A stretch of DNA of 64,000 nt from Eledone cirrhosa (taxonomy: Eukaryota): positions 366,296,001 to 366,360,000 of the forward strand of contig OZ024742.1 in the NCBI GenBank assembly GCA_964016885.1. Reading direction: 5' to 3'. Shown here piece by piece: positions 30,155 through 44,742 of this stretch (within the stretch, counting starts at the first letter, position 1; each line of letters starts with the position of its first letter). The notes beneath the pieces are model-generated. The model was not told where the DNA came from. It made no database searches and saw only the letters and a list, made by a program, of their open reading frames with translations. Position numbers and translations under genes: made by a program.

Positions 30155-31090
30155 GGTTGATACACAGATTACAAGGTTGAGCTAACGATGATCCACAGAT
30201 TACAAGGTTGAGCTAACGATGATCCACGGGTTACAAGGTTGAGCTAACGATGATCCCCGGGTTACAAGGTTGAGCTAACGATGATCCCCGGGTTACAAGG
30301 TTGAGCTAACGATGATCTACGGGTTACAAGGTTGAGCTAAGGTTGATCCACAGATTACAAGGTTGAGCTAACGATAATCCACAGGTTACAAGGTTGAGCT
30401 AAGGTTGATCCACATGTTACAAGGTTGAGCTAACGACGATCCACAGGTTACAAGGTTGAGCTAACGACGATCCACAGGTTACAAGGTTGAGATAAGGTTG
30501 ATACACAGGTTACAAGGTTGAGATAAGGTTGATCCACAGGTTACAAGGTTGAGCTAAGGTTGATACACAGGTTACAAGGTTGAGATAAGGTTGATCCACA
30601 GGTTACAAGGTTGAGCTAAGGTTGATACACAGGTTACAAGGTTGAGCTAACGATGATCCACAGGTTACAAGGTTGAGCTAAGGTTGATCCCACAGGTTAC
30701 AAGGTTGAGCTAACGATGATCCACGGGTTACAAGGTTGAGCTAACAATGATCCACGGGTTACAAGGTTGAGCTAAGGTTGATCCACAGGTTACAAGGTTG
30801 AGCTAAGGTTGATCCACAGGTTACAAGGTTGTGCTAACGATGATCCACAGGTTAAACGGTTGAGCTAAGGTTGATCCCACAGGTTACAAGGTTGAGCTAA
30901 GGTTGATCCACAGGTTACATGGTTGAGCTAACAATGATCCACGGGTTACAAGGTTGTGCTAACGATGATCCACAGGTTAAACGGTTGACCTAACGATGAT
31001 CCACAGGTTACAAGGTTCAGCTAACAATGATCCACGGGTTACAAGGTTGAGCTAAGGTTGATCCCATAGGTTACAAGGTTGAACTAACGA
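30155..31090. repeat. 31-bp minisatellite, ~30 copies
   Basis: Unit GGTTACAAGGTTGAGCTAA(CGA/GGT)TGATCCACA. Confidence 0.95.
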
Positions 31091-31225
31091 TTGTATGACC
31101 CAAGCTTATGTCTTGGAAAGGATCTTTATGGGTATAAACTTATCATTGTTATGACGGACATTATAATTGCTGATTTTATTTATATTTATCATTTATATAT
31201 TGTGTGGTTTCTATTTTATTATTAT

Positions 31226-31443
31226 TGGCAGAATCGGTAGAACGTAGGCTAATATGCATTGTAACATAGAGTTACAGCCCTTTACTTTCTGAGTTCTAAT
31301 CCCGCCAAGGTTAGCTTTGCCTTTCATCGTTATGGGATCGATAAAATAAAGTACCAGTAACGCACTGGGGCCAATTTAATCAACTCTCCCCTCCCCAAAA
31401 TGGCTGTCCTTGTGCCTAAGTCAGAAACCATTATTATTATTAT
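31226..31443 (+). mobile_element. tRNA-derived SINE with (TTA)n tail
   Basis: TGGCAGAATCGGTAG A box, GAGTTCTAATCCC B box and conserved body. Confidence 0.85.
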
Positions 31444-31444
31444 T

Positions 31445-32050
31445 TCGTCTTTCAAATGATTCTGTTTCAACCAAAACTTTCACGTTCGTCTTTAGTGACT
31501 TTCAAAGGTTTCTCTTCAATCTATTCAACATTCTCTCTTTCAATTCCATTTTCCACCTTTTCTCCCTTTCCAGCCTTAATCTCCTTTTCTTGACTCACTG
31601 CTTTTATTAATGTTTCTCTGCTGTTTTGCAAATAAACAAGCACGGTGTTTCTTTCCATCCCTACACAATCCTCTACACTAGTTAAGCTTCTTTCACCTTG
31701 GTCTATCTTCCACTACAACTGCTTGCTAACAACATTCCGATGGTGGGTTCCATACATAGACAACACATACCTACTTTGTCTAGTTTCTACAGTTTGTTCT
31801 TTGTCAAATTGAAAGTTTCAGTTCCATATGTCATATCTGTTCTTGAGTTAATGGCATCAAAAACATTTATTGAATTCAACCTTAACTGTAATATTTTCCA
31901 CAACCTCCTTGTATACTCCAAGTTATACTCCTCTCTTTATGTTTTATTTCATCCGCCTCCAGAATTCCCAAATACTTTTACTCTTGTCTTTTGTCAATTA
32001 ATCTCATTGTGTTTCTCATTTGATATTTCAATTCCCTGACCACTTTCAAA
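31445..32050 (-). mobile_element. R4/Dong-like non-LTR RT fragment, decayed
   Basis: EYTRRLWKILQLRLNSINVFDAIN...KLDK...MYGTHH...QGERSLTSVEDCVGMERNTVLVYLQNSRETL matches the EYxRRxxxILxxxLN..AIN..LD..GGRGL..VE pattern. Confidence 0.6.
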
Positions 32051-32169
32051 TCAAAACAGCGATATTTAGTTTTTCAGTGGTATGTAAGTGATATCTCGTG
32101 CCCCGCCCGTTATAGGCTTTCACCACAATACTCCATCTGATAGTAGGATTTATTTAATAAATACAGTTT

Positions 32170-32350
32170 TAACAAGACCCCAAAGAGTACCTACTCCCTT
32201 TTAAAAACTCAACGATTTAAATAAATCAGCATATGATTCACTATTGTCCAATAACATCAGATACCTACAAATAAACCAACCAGTGTGTACAACGACATCA
32301 ACAATGAAGTGAAAACACTTGCTACACAACTGGGAATAGCAGAGTTGAGC
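32170..32350 (+). pseudogene. Small PLE RT N-terminal remnant
   Basis: YDSLLSNNI..YK..VYNDINNEVKTLATQLGIAE resembles NLNNINATTNKIMTGLEIDDRTE of the element at 24.1 kb. Confidence 0.45.
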
Positions 32351-32642
32351 GGCTCAGAAACACAAATTTAATTCCCAAATCATTCGAGAAAATGTAAACT
32401 GTATGTACAACACTTCCAGCTGTTTCTCATATATGGCACTGAGCTGTATATCACGTACACACACACATTATATATATATAGTTTCGATGTGGATCACGCA
32501 TGTAAACTCACATATCTGTGGAGTTATCGAAGAAGAGTCGGGCTTCGATCATCGCTTTGATCACACCTGAGCTGATCGATATTGAAACAATTGTGTAATA
32601 TGCAAATAAACTTTCTACACAATCTGCAAATCTGACTTATGT

Positions 32643-32726
<84 letters not shown>

Positions 32727-33380
32727 CACACATATATATATACATATACACAAACATTTGTTGCACATATATTTGTGTGTGTGCGTGTATCATTTCACTA
32801 TTTTTAAAGAGACAGTTGGTCGATATCTAAAATCAGAATATAAGAAAATTACAAGAAAGTTGTCTGTGTTTTCAAAGTAAAGTAGATATCGCTTCTCTGC
32901 ACTATTGAAATAACGTTTATTTAAAACGTTTCACTCACTTTGAAATAAATCTATTTGTAATTTCTTCTAGACCAGTAATTATCAACGTGGGTTTCAGCAG
33001 CTTTTAAAATGGGTCTGCAGTTGGTCCAAGGTAAATAGGTGGGATTTGAAGCTTTATTTTTGTTTCTACTGGCGAAAAATTATGAAAACACAAACTGCTT
33101 TACTTTATTTTTAAAGGCAAATCATTCAGAATTTATTTAAATAAACAGTCATTAGTCAGGGTTCGTATTTTCTACTCCATTTTGCCTTTGTATAAATAAA
33201 ATGTATTTTCTGTTACATGGAATTTCTATGTGTGTTTATGTGGGCCTGGAATTATTTTACTCCAAAATTGGCCACAATGAAGAAAAGGTTGAGAACTACT
33301 GTTCTAGACAACGGTACTGAACTCTTTCCTTAATTTCTTCTAGACTACAGTACACCTGCTATTGAAATTACAGTTGCTCA

Positions 33381-33600
33381 CTGGCAGAATTGGTAGAGCG
33401 TCGGACAAGATGCTTTGCAGCATACAGTTACGGTCTTTTACGTTCTGCGTTCGAATTCCGCTGAGATTAACTTTGCCTTTCATCCTTACGGGGTCGATAA
33501 ATAAAGTACCAGTAACACACTGGGGTAGATTTAATCGACTTTCCTCTCCCACAAAAATTACTGTCCTTGTGCCTAAAGTAGAAATAATTATTATTATAAT
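33381..33600 (+). mobile_element. tRNA-derived SINE
   Basis: TGGCAGAATTGGTAG, GTTCGAATTCC, conserved body and (TTA)n tail. Confidence 0.85.
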
Positions 33601-33951
33601 TAATTACTGTTGCTGCATTACTGAGCACAGCATCGTGTGCACCGGATACGTGCAGTGCTGTTATTTCTATAGTCTTAAGAATACTCTATGAAATGCAAGT
33701 GCAGTACCAACAACTGCTATTTTCCATGTTCTATATATTTGTATTACTACTGAATGTAGAGAATTTGGCAAAGAAAGCTTCAGTTAGTCCCCAGGTAAAA
33801 TATGATCGATCTCTCCCCTAAACAAAGGTGTCCATGCCAGCCGTGACCATTCCATCTTGTATTTAGCCTTAATGCCTCTAACATTACATTATACAATGTT
33901 GCATTCCTGCTTTTCTTTAATAATAGTACAATGGGTTGTATACGTGTGTGT

Positions 33952-34012
<61 letters not shown>

Positions 34013-34820
34013 CATACTTGATATCTTCTCGTTTCTAACACGTAGGTTTCAGCATACATGTATGTATATATATATATGTATGTATGTATTCATGCATGCA
34101 TGTATGTGTATGTATGTATGCATGTGTATATGTATGTATGAACTAATGGATTGGTTCATGTGCATATGCATGAACGTTTGTATGTATTTGTATGCATGTA
34201 CGAAAGTTGGTATGAATATATGTATGTCTGAATCAATGGATTGGTGCATGTATCTATGAAGAAGAAGATAGACAGGTATAGAGATGAGCGTCTGAATGTT
34301 TTACATCTCCTGCAATGGAAAAAATATACAAAGGTTAGTGCAGATTTTTAAAAACACAATATGCATCTCTCACGCACAGTTGAAATAAGTTGCACAAAAA
34401 CATGAAGTATTCGGAGGTAAACTTGGTTTGAAATATTTGTAGAAGTTTATATTATTCTAATTCTATCTTGAATAGTCATCAATATATTCATATGGCCAGA
34501 CAAATGTTGACTAAACCAACCACGTTGAAGACAAAAGATAGCTTAACATGCAGTTCATGTTCAAATGTCTGCAGATAAATTGATGGATATTATCATACGT
34601 ATTGCTATATATACACCAGAATGTACCTCCCTATACTGGTGCACACATATGTAGATTTGTTTCGAAGGTTAAAACAGAAACTAACATGATGGTCTTTGGC
34701 GGGCTTAAAGAGTCACTTCCAAAATAGGACTTTCTTCACTAGACAGTGAATGGTCTTCCTATGACACGAATGGAGAGAAACCATGTTATTCTGTATTTGC
34801 TTCTCTCTCTCTTATACATG

Positions 34821-34960
<140 letters not shown>

Positions 34961-35101
34961 TGTGTGTGTGTGTACCCATATACATATATAAAAATATACA
35001 CACACATGTTTCCAAAAAAATGTATACACACTCCAACAGCATTATAATAAATATTGCCTATACAGGCAATCAAAGTGTGTTTATATTTTGTGGAGGAACA
35101 A

Positions 35102-35136
<35 letters not shown>

Positions 35137-35726
35137 AATCTGTGTATATGTATGTATATAATTAAAAAATCAATAATTTTTCTTACGATTCAAGGGAAAA
35201 TGTTCGATATATTCAGCCTTAGCTATATTTATATACACATTCTCATCGGGAAACAAAAATTAATTGAAAAGATATATTAACTAAAGAGAAAAACATATTT
35301 GAAAAGAAAATAGTTTGTTTATAGAAATTAACTTTCAGCTCTAATTACTATATTTCTCTTCTTCAATTCACTTCTAATGTCTCCACATTCAATCTTTCCA
35401 ACAAAATTAAACATTGTTGAAGCCTAAAGTAAATATTCAAAGTAATATACATCAAGCGACATATAAATACATACACACACATATATATATGTATATATAT
35501 ATATATATATGCATATATACATAGACAGATAGATACCTCGATCGATACATACAGATTGATACATACATCCCTATATACATACGTATGTACACACGCAGGA
35601 CCACAACACTTCATACACACAGATACACCTAAACACATGAAAAAACACATACACAAACACATTATGTATAACTTCCCACATTAATACATCTACACATACA
35701 CACAAACACATATTTCCAGACACCCA

Positions 35727-35848
<122 letters not shown>

Positions 35849-36089
35849 CACCCGCATATACACAAACAATTGTCTGTCGTCTGCCATTCCACTGATTGGT
35901 ATAATTATTGTATTATTCCATTACTACTGGTGATGTCGTCTGCTATTTCATTAAAATCGACAACAATAACAATAGCATCACTAATAAAACAATAATTATC
36001 ATTATTAATATTGTTGTTGTTTATTTATGTAAGCGAGTGTGAGGGATGATAGTGGCGGGGGTTGATAATCCACTAAATAATTGATTCTA

Positions 36090-36265
36090 CTTTTGGCCAA
36101 GGCCGGCAATTAAACCAGTGTATTACTGGTACTATATTTTATCGACCCCGTAAGGATGAAAGGCAAAGTTAACCTCGGCAGGATTTGAATTCAGACTGTA
36201 AAGGGACGTAACTATGCTAGAAGGTATGGCGTCCAAGCCTCTATTGATACTGCCAATCTACCGTC
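36090..36265 (-). mobile_element. tRNA-derived SINE
   Basis: Reverse complement of the same family. Confidence 0.8.
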
Positions 36266-36710
36266 CTAATAAATATAATAAGACTTTCTTCCCCATGAAA
36301 CAACACAAACAAACAGAAGAAAACAAAATAAGACCGCTGTATAAGACGATATTATTTTGAGGCCTCCATATATAAACAGTGGCAGGATATACAGAACACA
36401 AAGTTTTTTGCCGAAAGTCTATTTATATTTTCCTCTACATCCTATCCTAACCGGTATCCTATCTCATGACTTATTGTAATCTGATTAGGTTAACCCTTTG
36501 CTGTCATAACTGAAAGACACATGTTGTCCACACTTTCTATGCTGTCCTAAGCCGTCCTACAACCTGGGTTCATTAGTATACAATACATTACCAATGCACG
36601 AACTTGCATGGCCCCGAGGGTGGCTGATGAGTCAAATAGGTGCTCATGTCCATTCCTTTGGTGTATTTCGCTCTTTTTTAGTGTGGAAGTTTACTGTATA
36701 TATATATCTA

Positions 36711-37479
36711 TGGGGATGCAGAACAATAATATGAAAGACGTAAAATAAGAAAATTATAAAAATTAACTTACTTACTAAAATTGGAGTGAAATTTTAGTAA
36801 GTAAGTTAATTTTTATAATTTTCTTATTTTACGTCTTTCATATTATTGTTCTGCATCCCCTTGCATTGAACCACAAAGTTACTAAGACAAAACCTATATA
36901 TTTGCTGGCATAGGTATGCATCTGTATATATATGTTAGTAGATATACTAATTTTTTATAATTATCTCCAAATTATTTTGTTGTGCAAAAATTTGCCAAAC
37001 CTGCTACTATAGCTCATAGTAATGGTTGGGCTGCTGTCTTCTTAACACACTACTCCTCACTGATTAACCTCGATGTCACGTGATTGATTCTTTTGAATTT
37101 GCCACCGACCGAGTAGGCAGTGATTTTTTCAATGTCTTGGAACTTAGTCCACGCTTTGCTTTTTTCCATCCACTGAATTATTTTTGTATAAGTTCCCTGT
37201 GTCCACGCATTGCCTGGAAACTTAGCTGAGAATAGACTTCCCTGATGACGAAAGGATTTCTCCGTGCGTTTCTTCGGAAACCATGTTTATTCCCTTTCAG
37301 AAACTAATTACTTGGAGTGAAATTTTAGTAAGTTAATTTTTATAATTTTCTTATTTTACGTCTTTCATATTATTATTATGCATCCCCTTGCATTGAACCA
37401 CAAAGTTACTAAGACAAAACCTATATATTTGCTGGCATAGGTATGCATCTGTATATATATGTTAGTAGATATACTAATT

Positions 37480-37483
<4 letters not shown>
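36711..37483 (+). mobile_element. Retrozyme-like non-autonomous element (family F): inverted arm + 531-nt unit + direct repeat
   Basis: Inverted arms 36711-36782 and 36790-36860. ~170-bp direct repeats start at 36781 and 37312. Hammerhead motif 37236-37318 (ACTTCC CTGATGA..GAAAGG/CCTTTC..GAAA..GGAGT). Confidence 0.7.
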
Positions 37484-37560
<77 letters not shown>

Positions 37561-37608
37561 TAAAAACAATTAATAAAAACAAAGAACAAGTTCCTTATAT
37601 TAAAAACT

Positions 37609-37746
37609 TCATCATTTTACGATCGTTTCTAGGATATATATATGTGTGTTGGTATGTATATCATATAGATCTATGTAAAAATATTACAAACTATCAGAAG
37701 AAATATACATACCTTCACATATATATGCTGTCTTCAGAAATAATGA
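37609..37746 (-). ncRNA. Type I hammerhead with ~100-nt helix II extension
   Basis: TCATTATTT CTGAAGA...GAAA CGATCG TA AAATGATGA: 9-bp helix I, palindromic helix III and GUA triplet. Confidence 0.8.
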
Positions 37747-38459
37747 GATTTGTTTATTGAAAAAAAAAAAACAACAAAGATTTAATATAATAGTTTGGGA
37801 ACATATTTTGAATTAACCAATAGAAAAGTAGTAAGAGGTCAAGTTGATAGAATAGTAGTAGTAGAAATTTAATTTAGGGGTAGAGGAATGCAGACTTATG
37901 TTTTGAATGGAAAGAATACTTTGAATGAAAATAATACTTTGGGGATGAAAAGAGGTCAAGCCGGTGAAGGGTACACGAAAATTTGATGTTATTAAAGAAT
38001 AATGTTAATGTTAAAAACGAAGGAGAGTAACATTTTAGGGTAAAGGTATTAGTGAGAAATACCAATCTTATTTAAAACACAAGGGATTTAGATCTATAAC
38101 AAGAAATTAAATTAATTGATAGGTATACTTATAGGGATAAATTTATATTGATTCATATGGATGTGATAAATAAGAATTAGATGTTATTAAAGAATGTTGT
38201 TAAAATCGAAGGAAAATGAAATTTTGGGATAAGTGTAGTAGTGAGAAATACCAATCTTATATAGACTACAAGGAATCTAGATTCATAACAGGAAATTAAA
38301 TCAATTTATATGTATACTTTTAGGTATTAATTTTAGGAAAAGAGAGCTGTAAGAGGGAAATAAAATTATGAAGTTCTCTGTAGTAAAGTACTAATTATCG
38401 GTTAACTAAATTAAAAAACTAATTATAATAATATGTAAAATATAAGTGTAAGGTGTATA

Positions 38460-38921
38460 TTAATTAGGTTTATAATATTTGAAAGTTCTTCTAATTCTAT
38501 GATGGCAAGATATAATTAATTCTTGTCGCTTATTTAATAGGATATCCTTAGATTTCATGATTTCAAAATGTTCCTGGTAGCATAATCTACACTCATATCT
38601 GTTATTTTGATAAGGGGTGGCCCTTTTGAGCACACTCCAGGTCAGGTTGTAATCGATATTCTTTTTTCTATAATTATTAATTGTTTCAGTCAAGGATGTT
38701 GTATTAGCTTATGCGGCATTTTTAAAACTATGTTTGTGGGTATTAAATCTTTCTTTAAATTGGTTAGACGTAGCTCCTATATATGAATAAGTTGAGTCCT
38801 TAGTGCTAATTTTACATTTATATACTATGTTATTAATAAGACAATTTCCCTTTAATGGGCAATTTATTTTGTTTCTACAGTTACAACCATTCGTGAATAT
38901 TATATCAGGGGAGTTAGTCAA
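38460..38921 (-). pseudogene. PLE GIY-YIG endonuclease domain, one in-frame TAA
   Basis: CNCRNKINCPLKGNCLINNIVYKCKI...SYIGATSNQFKERFNTHKHSF..*..WSVLKRA...CRLCYQE...LLNKRQEL..SCHH. Confidence 0.95.
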
Positions 38922-39063
38922 ATTTGGTGTGGAATTTACTCGACTTGTTATATGTGAAGGAGATGGTGGTTTGTTGCTTCTCTTTTCATGATATTTGGAT
39001 TACATTGAGTTCTTCATACGGATTGGACACTACCGTATATTTTGGTAGATTTATCTACATACA

Positions 39064-39184
<121 letters not shown>

Positions 39185-39361
39185 GTGTGTGTGTGTGTGT
39201 GTGTGTAAAGAGAGTGATACATAATCACCGTGTAACACATCCACAAGACGTCATCTTCCTCACTCATTAACATGTGTACACTCTAATAGGTTGGGTTTAA
39301 TAGCTCTGTATAATGAACTCCTGATTATTACTGGAATTCTATAAGAATCCAGCTTCTATAA

Positions 39362-39451
39362 TTTTCGGCGGCAGTAAAGGAGTATGTGGCTCTGATGAAC
39401 GCCAACAAGTGTGAAACAGACTGAAAGCTTCTCTCCCTTCTTTCGCCGAAA
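39362..39451 (+). ncRNA. Degenerate hammerhead (family G pLTR)
   Basis: GCT CTGATGA ACGC-CAACAA-GTGT GAAA CAGACTG with outer stem TTTTCGGCG/CGCCGAAAA. The triplet is mutated. The downstream tail recurs inverted at 39992-40046. Confidence 0.5.
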
Positions 39452-39552
39452 AGAAGTAAGTGACATAGTCACTACTTTAAAACTGATAGCGTATGGTCTT
39501 CTAAATGTTTTAATTAAACATACGATATATTGCCAAATATACTATACATACA

Positions 39553-39989
<437 letters not shown>

Positions 39990-40548
39990 TATATGTATAG
40001 TATATTTGGCAATATACTGTATGTTTCATTAAAAACATTTAGAAGACTGTATATATATATATATTTATAGGTTTATACACTAAATATGCCACTGTTACTA
40101 ACCAATCGTTAAATTACAGTCATTCTGTCCTTACCTTCATAATCTGCTTCAAGTGTCATCCATTGAAGTTGATGTTTGGTTGATGTCAGAAATTAACATC
40201 GATAGTTTCAACATCATCCACCGAACTATTACACTATAGTCACTACTAGGCAAAGGATAAGTGATTGGTCCTACTTTAACAATCGAATGAAAGGGCAATA
40301 ATGTTTGTCGTACCTGTGATAGTGTGAGGACGACTGCGCGTGGAGAAAGATGAGGTGAAAGTCCAAAGTGAAAAGAACCAAGCAATTAACTATAATAAAA
40401 GAATATTTTAACTCTACTTCTGCATTGAGTACTCTTTTCTCTCTTCTCTCAACCGCATATGATTATATATATATATATATATTTAATGTAGAAATGATTT
40501 TAGAACTATTTCATTCGTTTCAAATAATCATGAATACCCCGTTCCCCC

Positions 40549-40601
<53 letters not shown>

Positions 40602-40755
40602 GAGATAGAGAGAGAAAGAGAGACAGACTGTCTATCTATGTGGTAATATATATAGCATTAAAAATTAAAAATGAAAAATAAAATGACTGACATCTGTCAA
40701 TTTTACCAATTAAAATGATAAAGTATGACAATTTTAAATCAGAAATTGATATAAA

Positions 40756-40864
<109 letters not shown>

Positions 40865-41246
40865 TATTATTATTATTTTTATTATCATTATGACCCTTCA
40901 GCAGAATTTTCTTATTTTTGTTATTTTTAAAGATGTCTTGCTGAAATCAACGTCTGCAAGAGAATGTTATTCCAGGAGTTTCATGAGGAAATAATTGCTT
41001 TAAAATGGTTTCACTTCGACTTAATCACAAACAATTTTCCTCAAATTTTGCTTCAAATCACAAACCGAGAAAAAATATCAACAGTAATATCAACAACAAC
41101 AATAAAACAAGCCAAGTATGTATGTATGCATGTATGTATGGATGTGTGTATATGTATGTATGTGTATGCATGTGTGTGTATGTATGTATTTAAGTATGTG
41201 TATATTATATATATATATATATGAACATATATATATATGTATATAA

Positions 41247-41297
<51 letters not shown>

Positions 41298-41374
41298 CAT
41301 ACATATATATATATATATATATACATACATATACACACACAAACACACTTATATATATATATATATACATACAT

Positions 41375-41412
<38 letters not shown>

Positions 41413-42211
41413 GTGCATATATATATATATATAGGGTGGGAGATGTAATTTTCTTCTCTTTCTCCTCCCAAGTTGTTTTTATTTGCTCATTTATTTATTA
41501 ATTTTACATTTCTGTATTTTCGATTTTTTTGTTACGTTAAGGAGAGTTATTTATATAATTAAGGTGGCAAATGAAATTGGAATGGCATGGAAATAGTAAG
41601 GTGGTGAAGTGTATGGTGTAGTGGGTGTAGGTGGTAAGGCAGTGGAGGAATTCTAAATTCTAGCTAATTAGATTGAAATAACAGCAATTTACTTCAGTAT
41701 TTCTGGAGTGATTTACACGTAAGCAGGTCAAATCCGTTGTGTGTTGCTAGGTTATTAAGATAGTAATGTATTCCTGTGATTAAGAACTTTTTGTTTCCTT
41801 TTTTCGTTTGGTGTCATAAGTATAATTCCTCCCAAGAAATTTAAACCATTTTAAAACAATACTGATACATAAAGAAGTCATTTATTTCTAGATATCACCA
41901 ACATCATCTTTCCATAACCGGTAGAGTCTGGTGCTAGTGTGCCACGCTAGACATGGTAATCAATAGCCAGACCTGTACCAGTCCTTGATGTATATTGTCT
42001 AGTATTATGTGCTAAGGTAAAAGATACATTTCTGTTTGTTTTGTCCGTGTCTGTCTTTCGTCGATGTTGGTGATGTTGTTGCTCTTACAATTACTGTTAC
42101 TTTCTCCAGCAGCAGGTGCCGTCTAAGACTAATCCAAGCTCTGCAGCACTTGCGACGAGGAGGGTTAACTCGCCAAATATTGGTCGCTCTTCGACAGGTT
42201 TGTAGTTGAGC

Positions 42212-42850
42212 CTGTAGCACTGGAGACATCTCGTGTCCTCGACCCTAGGACCACCTCCCTACTCACTATCATCTGTACAAAGTTGGCTACCTGTAGCACT
42301 GGAGACATCTGGTAGCCTGGGCCCTAGGACCACCTCCCTACTTACCACCATCGGTACAAAGTTGGCTACCTGTAGCTGTAGCAGTAGAGACATCTGGTAT
42401 CCTGGGCCCGAGGACCACCTCCCTACTCACCATCATCTGTACAAAGTTGGCTACCTGTAGCACTGGAGACATCTGGTATCCTGGGCCCTAGGACCACCTC
42501 CCTACTTACCACCATCGGTACAAAGTTGGCTACCTGTAGCACTGGAGACATCTGGTATCCTGGGCCCTAGGACCACCTCCCTACTTACCACCATCGGTAC
42601 AAAGTTGGCTACCTGTAACACTGGAGACATCTGGTATCCTGGGCCCTAGGACCACCTCCCTACTTACCACCATCGGTACAAAGTTGGCTACCTGTAGCAC
42701 TGGAGACATCTGGTATCCTGGGCCCTAAGACCACCTCCCTACTTACCACCATCGGTACAAAGTTGGCTACCTGTAGCACTGGAGACATCTGGTATCCTGG
42801 GCCCTAAGACCACCTCCCTACTTACCACCATCGGTACAAAGTTGGCTACC
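42212..42850. repeat. 79-bp GC-rich minisatellite, ~8 copies
   Basis: CTGTAGCACTGGAGACATC... recurs at 42455, 42534 and 42613, a period of 79. Confidence 0.95.
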
Positions 42851-42951
42851 GGCTGGTGTGAGCCTCTGAGCTGGAATCCTCTTCCAACGCGTGTCTTTCA
42901 CCAACCTCCGAGGAACTTCCTTCTCTATTCTGTCCGCCGCTGGTCATGATG

Positions 42952-43480
42952 ATGGTGGTGGTGGTGGCGGTAGTGGTGGTGGTGGAGTGGTGGTTGTAGT
43001 GGTGGTGGTGGTGGAGTGGTGGTGCTAGTAGTGGTGGTGGAGTGGTGGTGGTGGTAGAGTGGTGGTGGTAGTAGTGGTGGTGTTGGTGGTGGTAGTAGTG
43101 GTGGTGGTGGTCGTGGTGGTAGTGTGGTGGTGGTGGTGGTAGTGTGGTGGTAGTAGTGGTGGTGGTGGTAATAGTGGTGGTGGTGGTAATAGTGGTGGTG
43201 GTGGTAGTGTGGTGGTAGTAGTGGTGGTGGTGGTAGTGGTGGTTCTGGTAGTAGTGGTGGAGTGATGGTGGTAGTAGTGGTGGTGGTGGTGGTGGTGGTA
43301 GTGTGGTGGTGGTGGTGGTGGTAGTGTGGTGGTGGTGGTGGTGGTGGTAGAAGTGGTGGAGTGATGGTGGTAGTAGTGGTGTTGTTGTTGTTGGTGGTGG
43401 TGGTGGTAGTGTGGTGGTGGTGGTGGTAGTGTGGTGGTAGTGTGGTGGTGGTAGTGGTAGTGTGGTAGTAGTGTGGTAGT
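42952..43480. repeat. (GGT/AGT) cryptic trinucleotide repeat
   Basis: Reverse-complement analogue of the 10.2-12.2 kb tract. Confidence 0.9.
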
Positions 43481-43844
43481 TAATATATCAGTTAATGGTA
43501 TCAATAGAGAAATGAGGAATTTTAAAACTCCCCAAAACAAAGAACATGAGAGAAGATATTTCTTTGGGAGAAATAAATTGTATAAAAACTGCACATTTCA
43601 CACACAGACTATGTGTGTGAGTGTATATATATATATATACACTCACACACAGACTATGTGTGTGAGTGTATATATATATATACGCACACATACAGTTTGT
43701 GTGTGAGTATAGATATATCCACACACATATAGTTTTCATCTGCGTGAAAATACATGAATACAAACACACATACATATATTTATATATATATATATTTATA
43801 TATACACCATATATGTATTACATTATAGTGTTACACACACACAG

Positions 43845-43916
<72 letters not shown>

Positions 43917-44362
43917 CATATATGTATTATATTATAGTGTTACACACACACACACACACACATACACACACACATATATATATATATATACCCCATAAAT
44001 ATACATACATTGAAACCATGGAAATATTAGATATAATAAATCTATGAAAGAGCTTAGGCAGAAATTAACGCCTCTGCGATCTCAATTTCTCTTTCAAAGA
44101 ATCACATCTAATGCCTTTATCAAATCTCTGCCATCACTGCCGTTGGAACAGGTTTTAGTCTATGATATTCTAGGAGAGGAACATTCTCTTTATTTAGCTA
44201 TATAAATATATAAAGCGAGATATAATTGTTCAGCAGTTAGGGTTTGTTTCATACAGAACCACGTTCATTTTTGATTATCTATGAAAGGTTATCTCCACAG
44301 GTGATTCACGTATGAAATATTATATTATATCATATTTATATATAAATATGTATACGAAAGTG

Positions 44363-44401
<39 letters not shown>

Positions 44402-44404
<3 letters not shown>

Positions 44405-44600
44405 AAAAAGTATGACCCCGACACGGCAGAGCTCATGCCGTTTCGACGGGTATTTCTGGACGTGTCCAGAAATAGGCGTCGAAACGGCTTGAGCTCTGCC
44501 GTAGGAGTGATACTTTTTTCCTATTTCCCATTCTACTACCCTAAGTATTGAGTACTCTGGTGCGTTATGGTCCATCTGGTTCCTTACCACATTTCCTTTG

Positions 44601-44603
<3 letters not shown>
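44402..44603 (+). mobile_element. PLE family A fold-back insertion
   Basis: Inverted arms with apex CTGGAC-GT-GTCCAG, plus tail, between (TA)n runs. Confidence 0.85.
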
Positions 44604-44652
<49 letters not shown>

Positions 44653-44689
44653 AAGAACACAAGAGCGTCTACAACATCAACAAATTTTT

Positions 44690-44742
44690 ATTGGCTAACA
44701 ATGTTTCTTCCTTACGTAATCGTAGGATTCGTCAGAGCTATA
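44690..44742 (-). ncRNA. Minimal type I hammerhead
   Basis: GCT CTGACGA ATCCTACG-ATTA-CGTAAGGAA GAAA CATTG TT AGC. Confidence 0.65.

Larger units (their letters stand above)
37557..39000 (-). mobile_element. 3' portion of a second PLE (EN, AT-rich 3' UTR, hammerhead, tail in (TA)n)
   Basis: GIY-YIG ORF followed by a UTR with ~150-bp direct repeats (37985-38140 and 38178-38330) and a sense-strand hammerhead. Confidence 0.85.

Noticed and set aside
36612-36660. CTGATGAGTC hammerhead-like start
   Set aside because: No downstream GAAA or closing helices.
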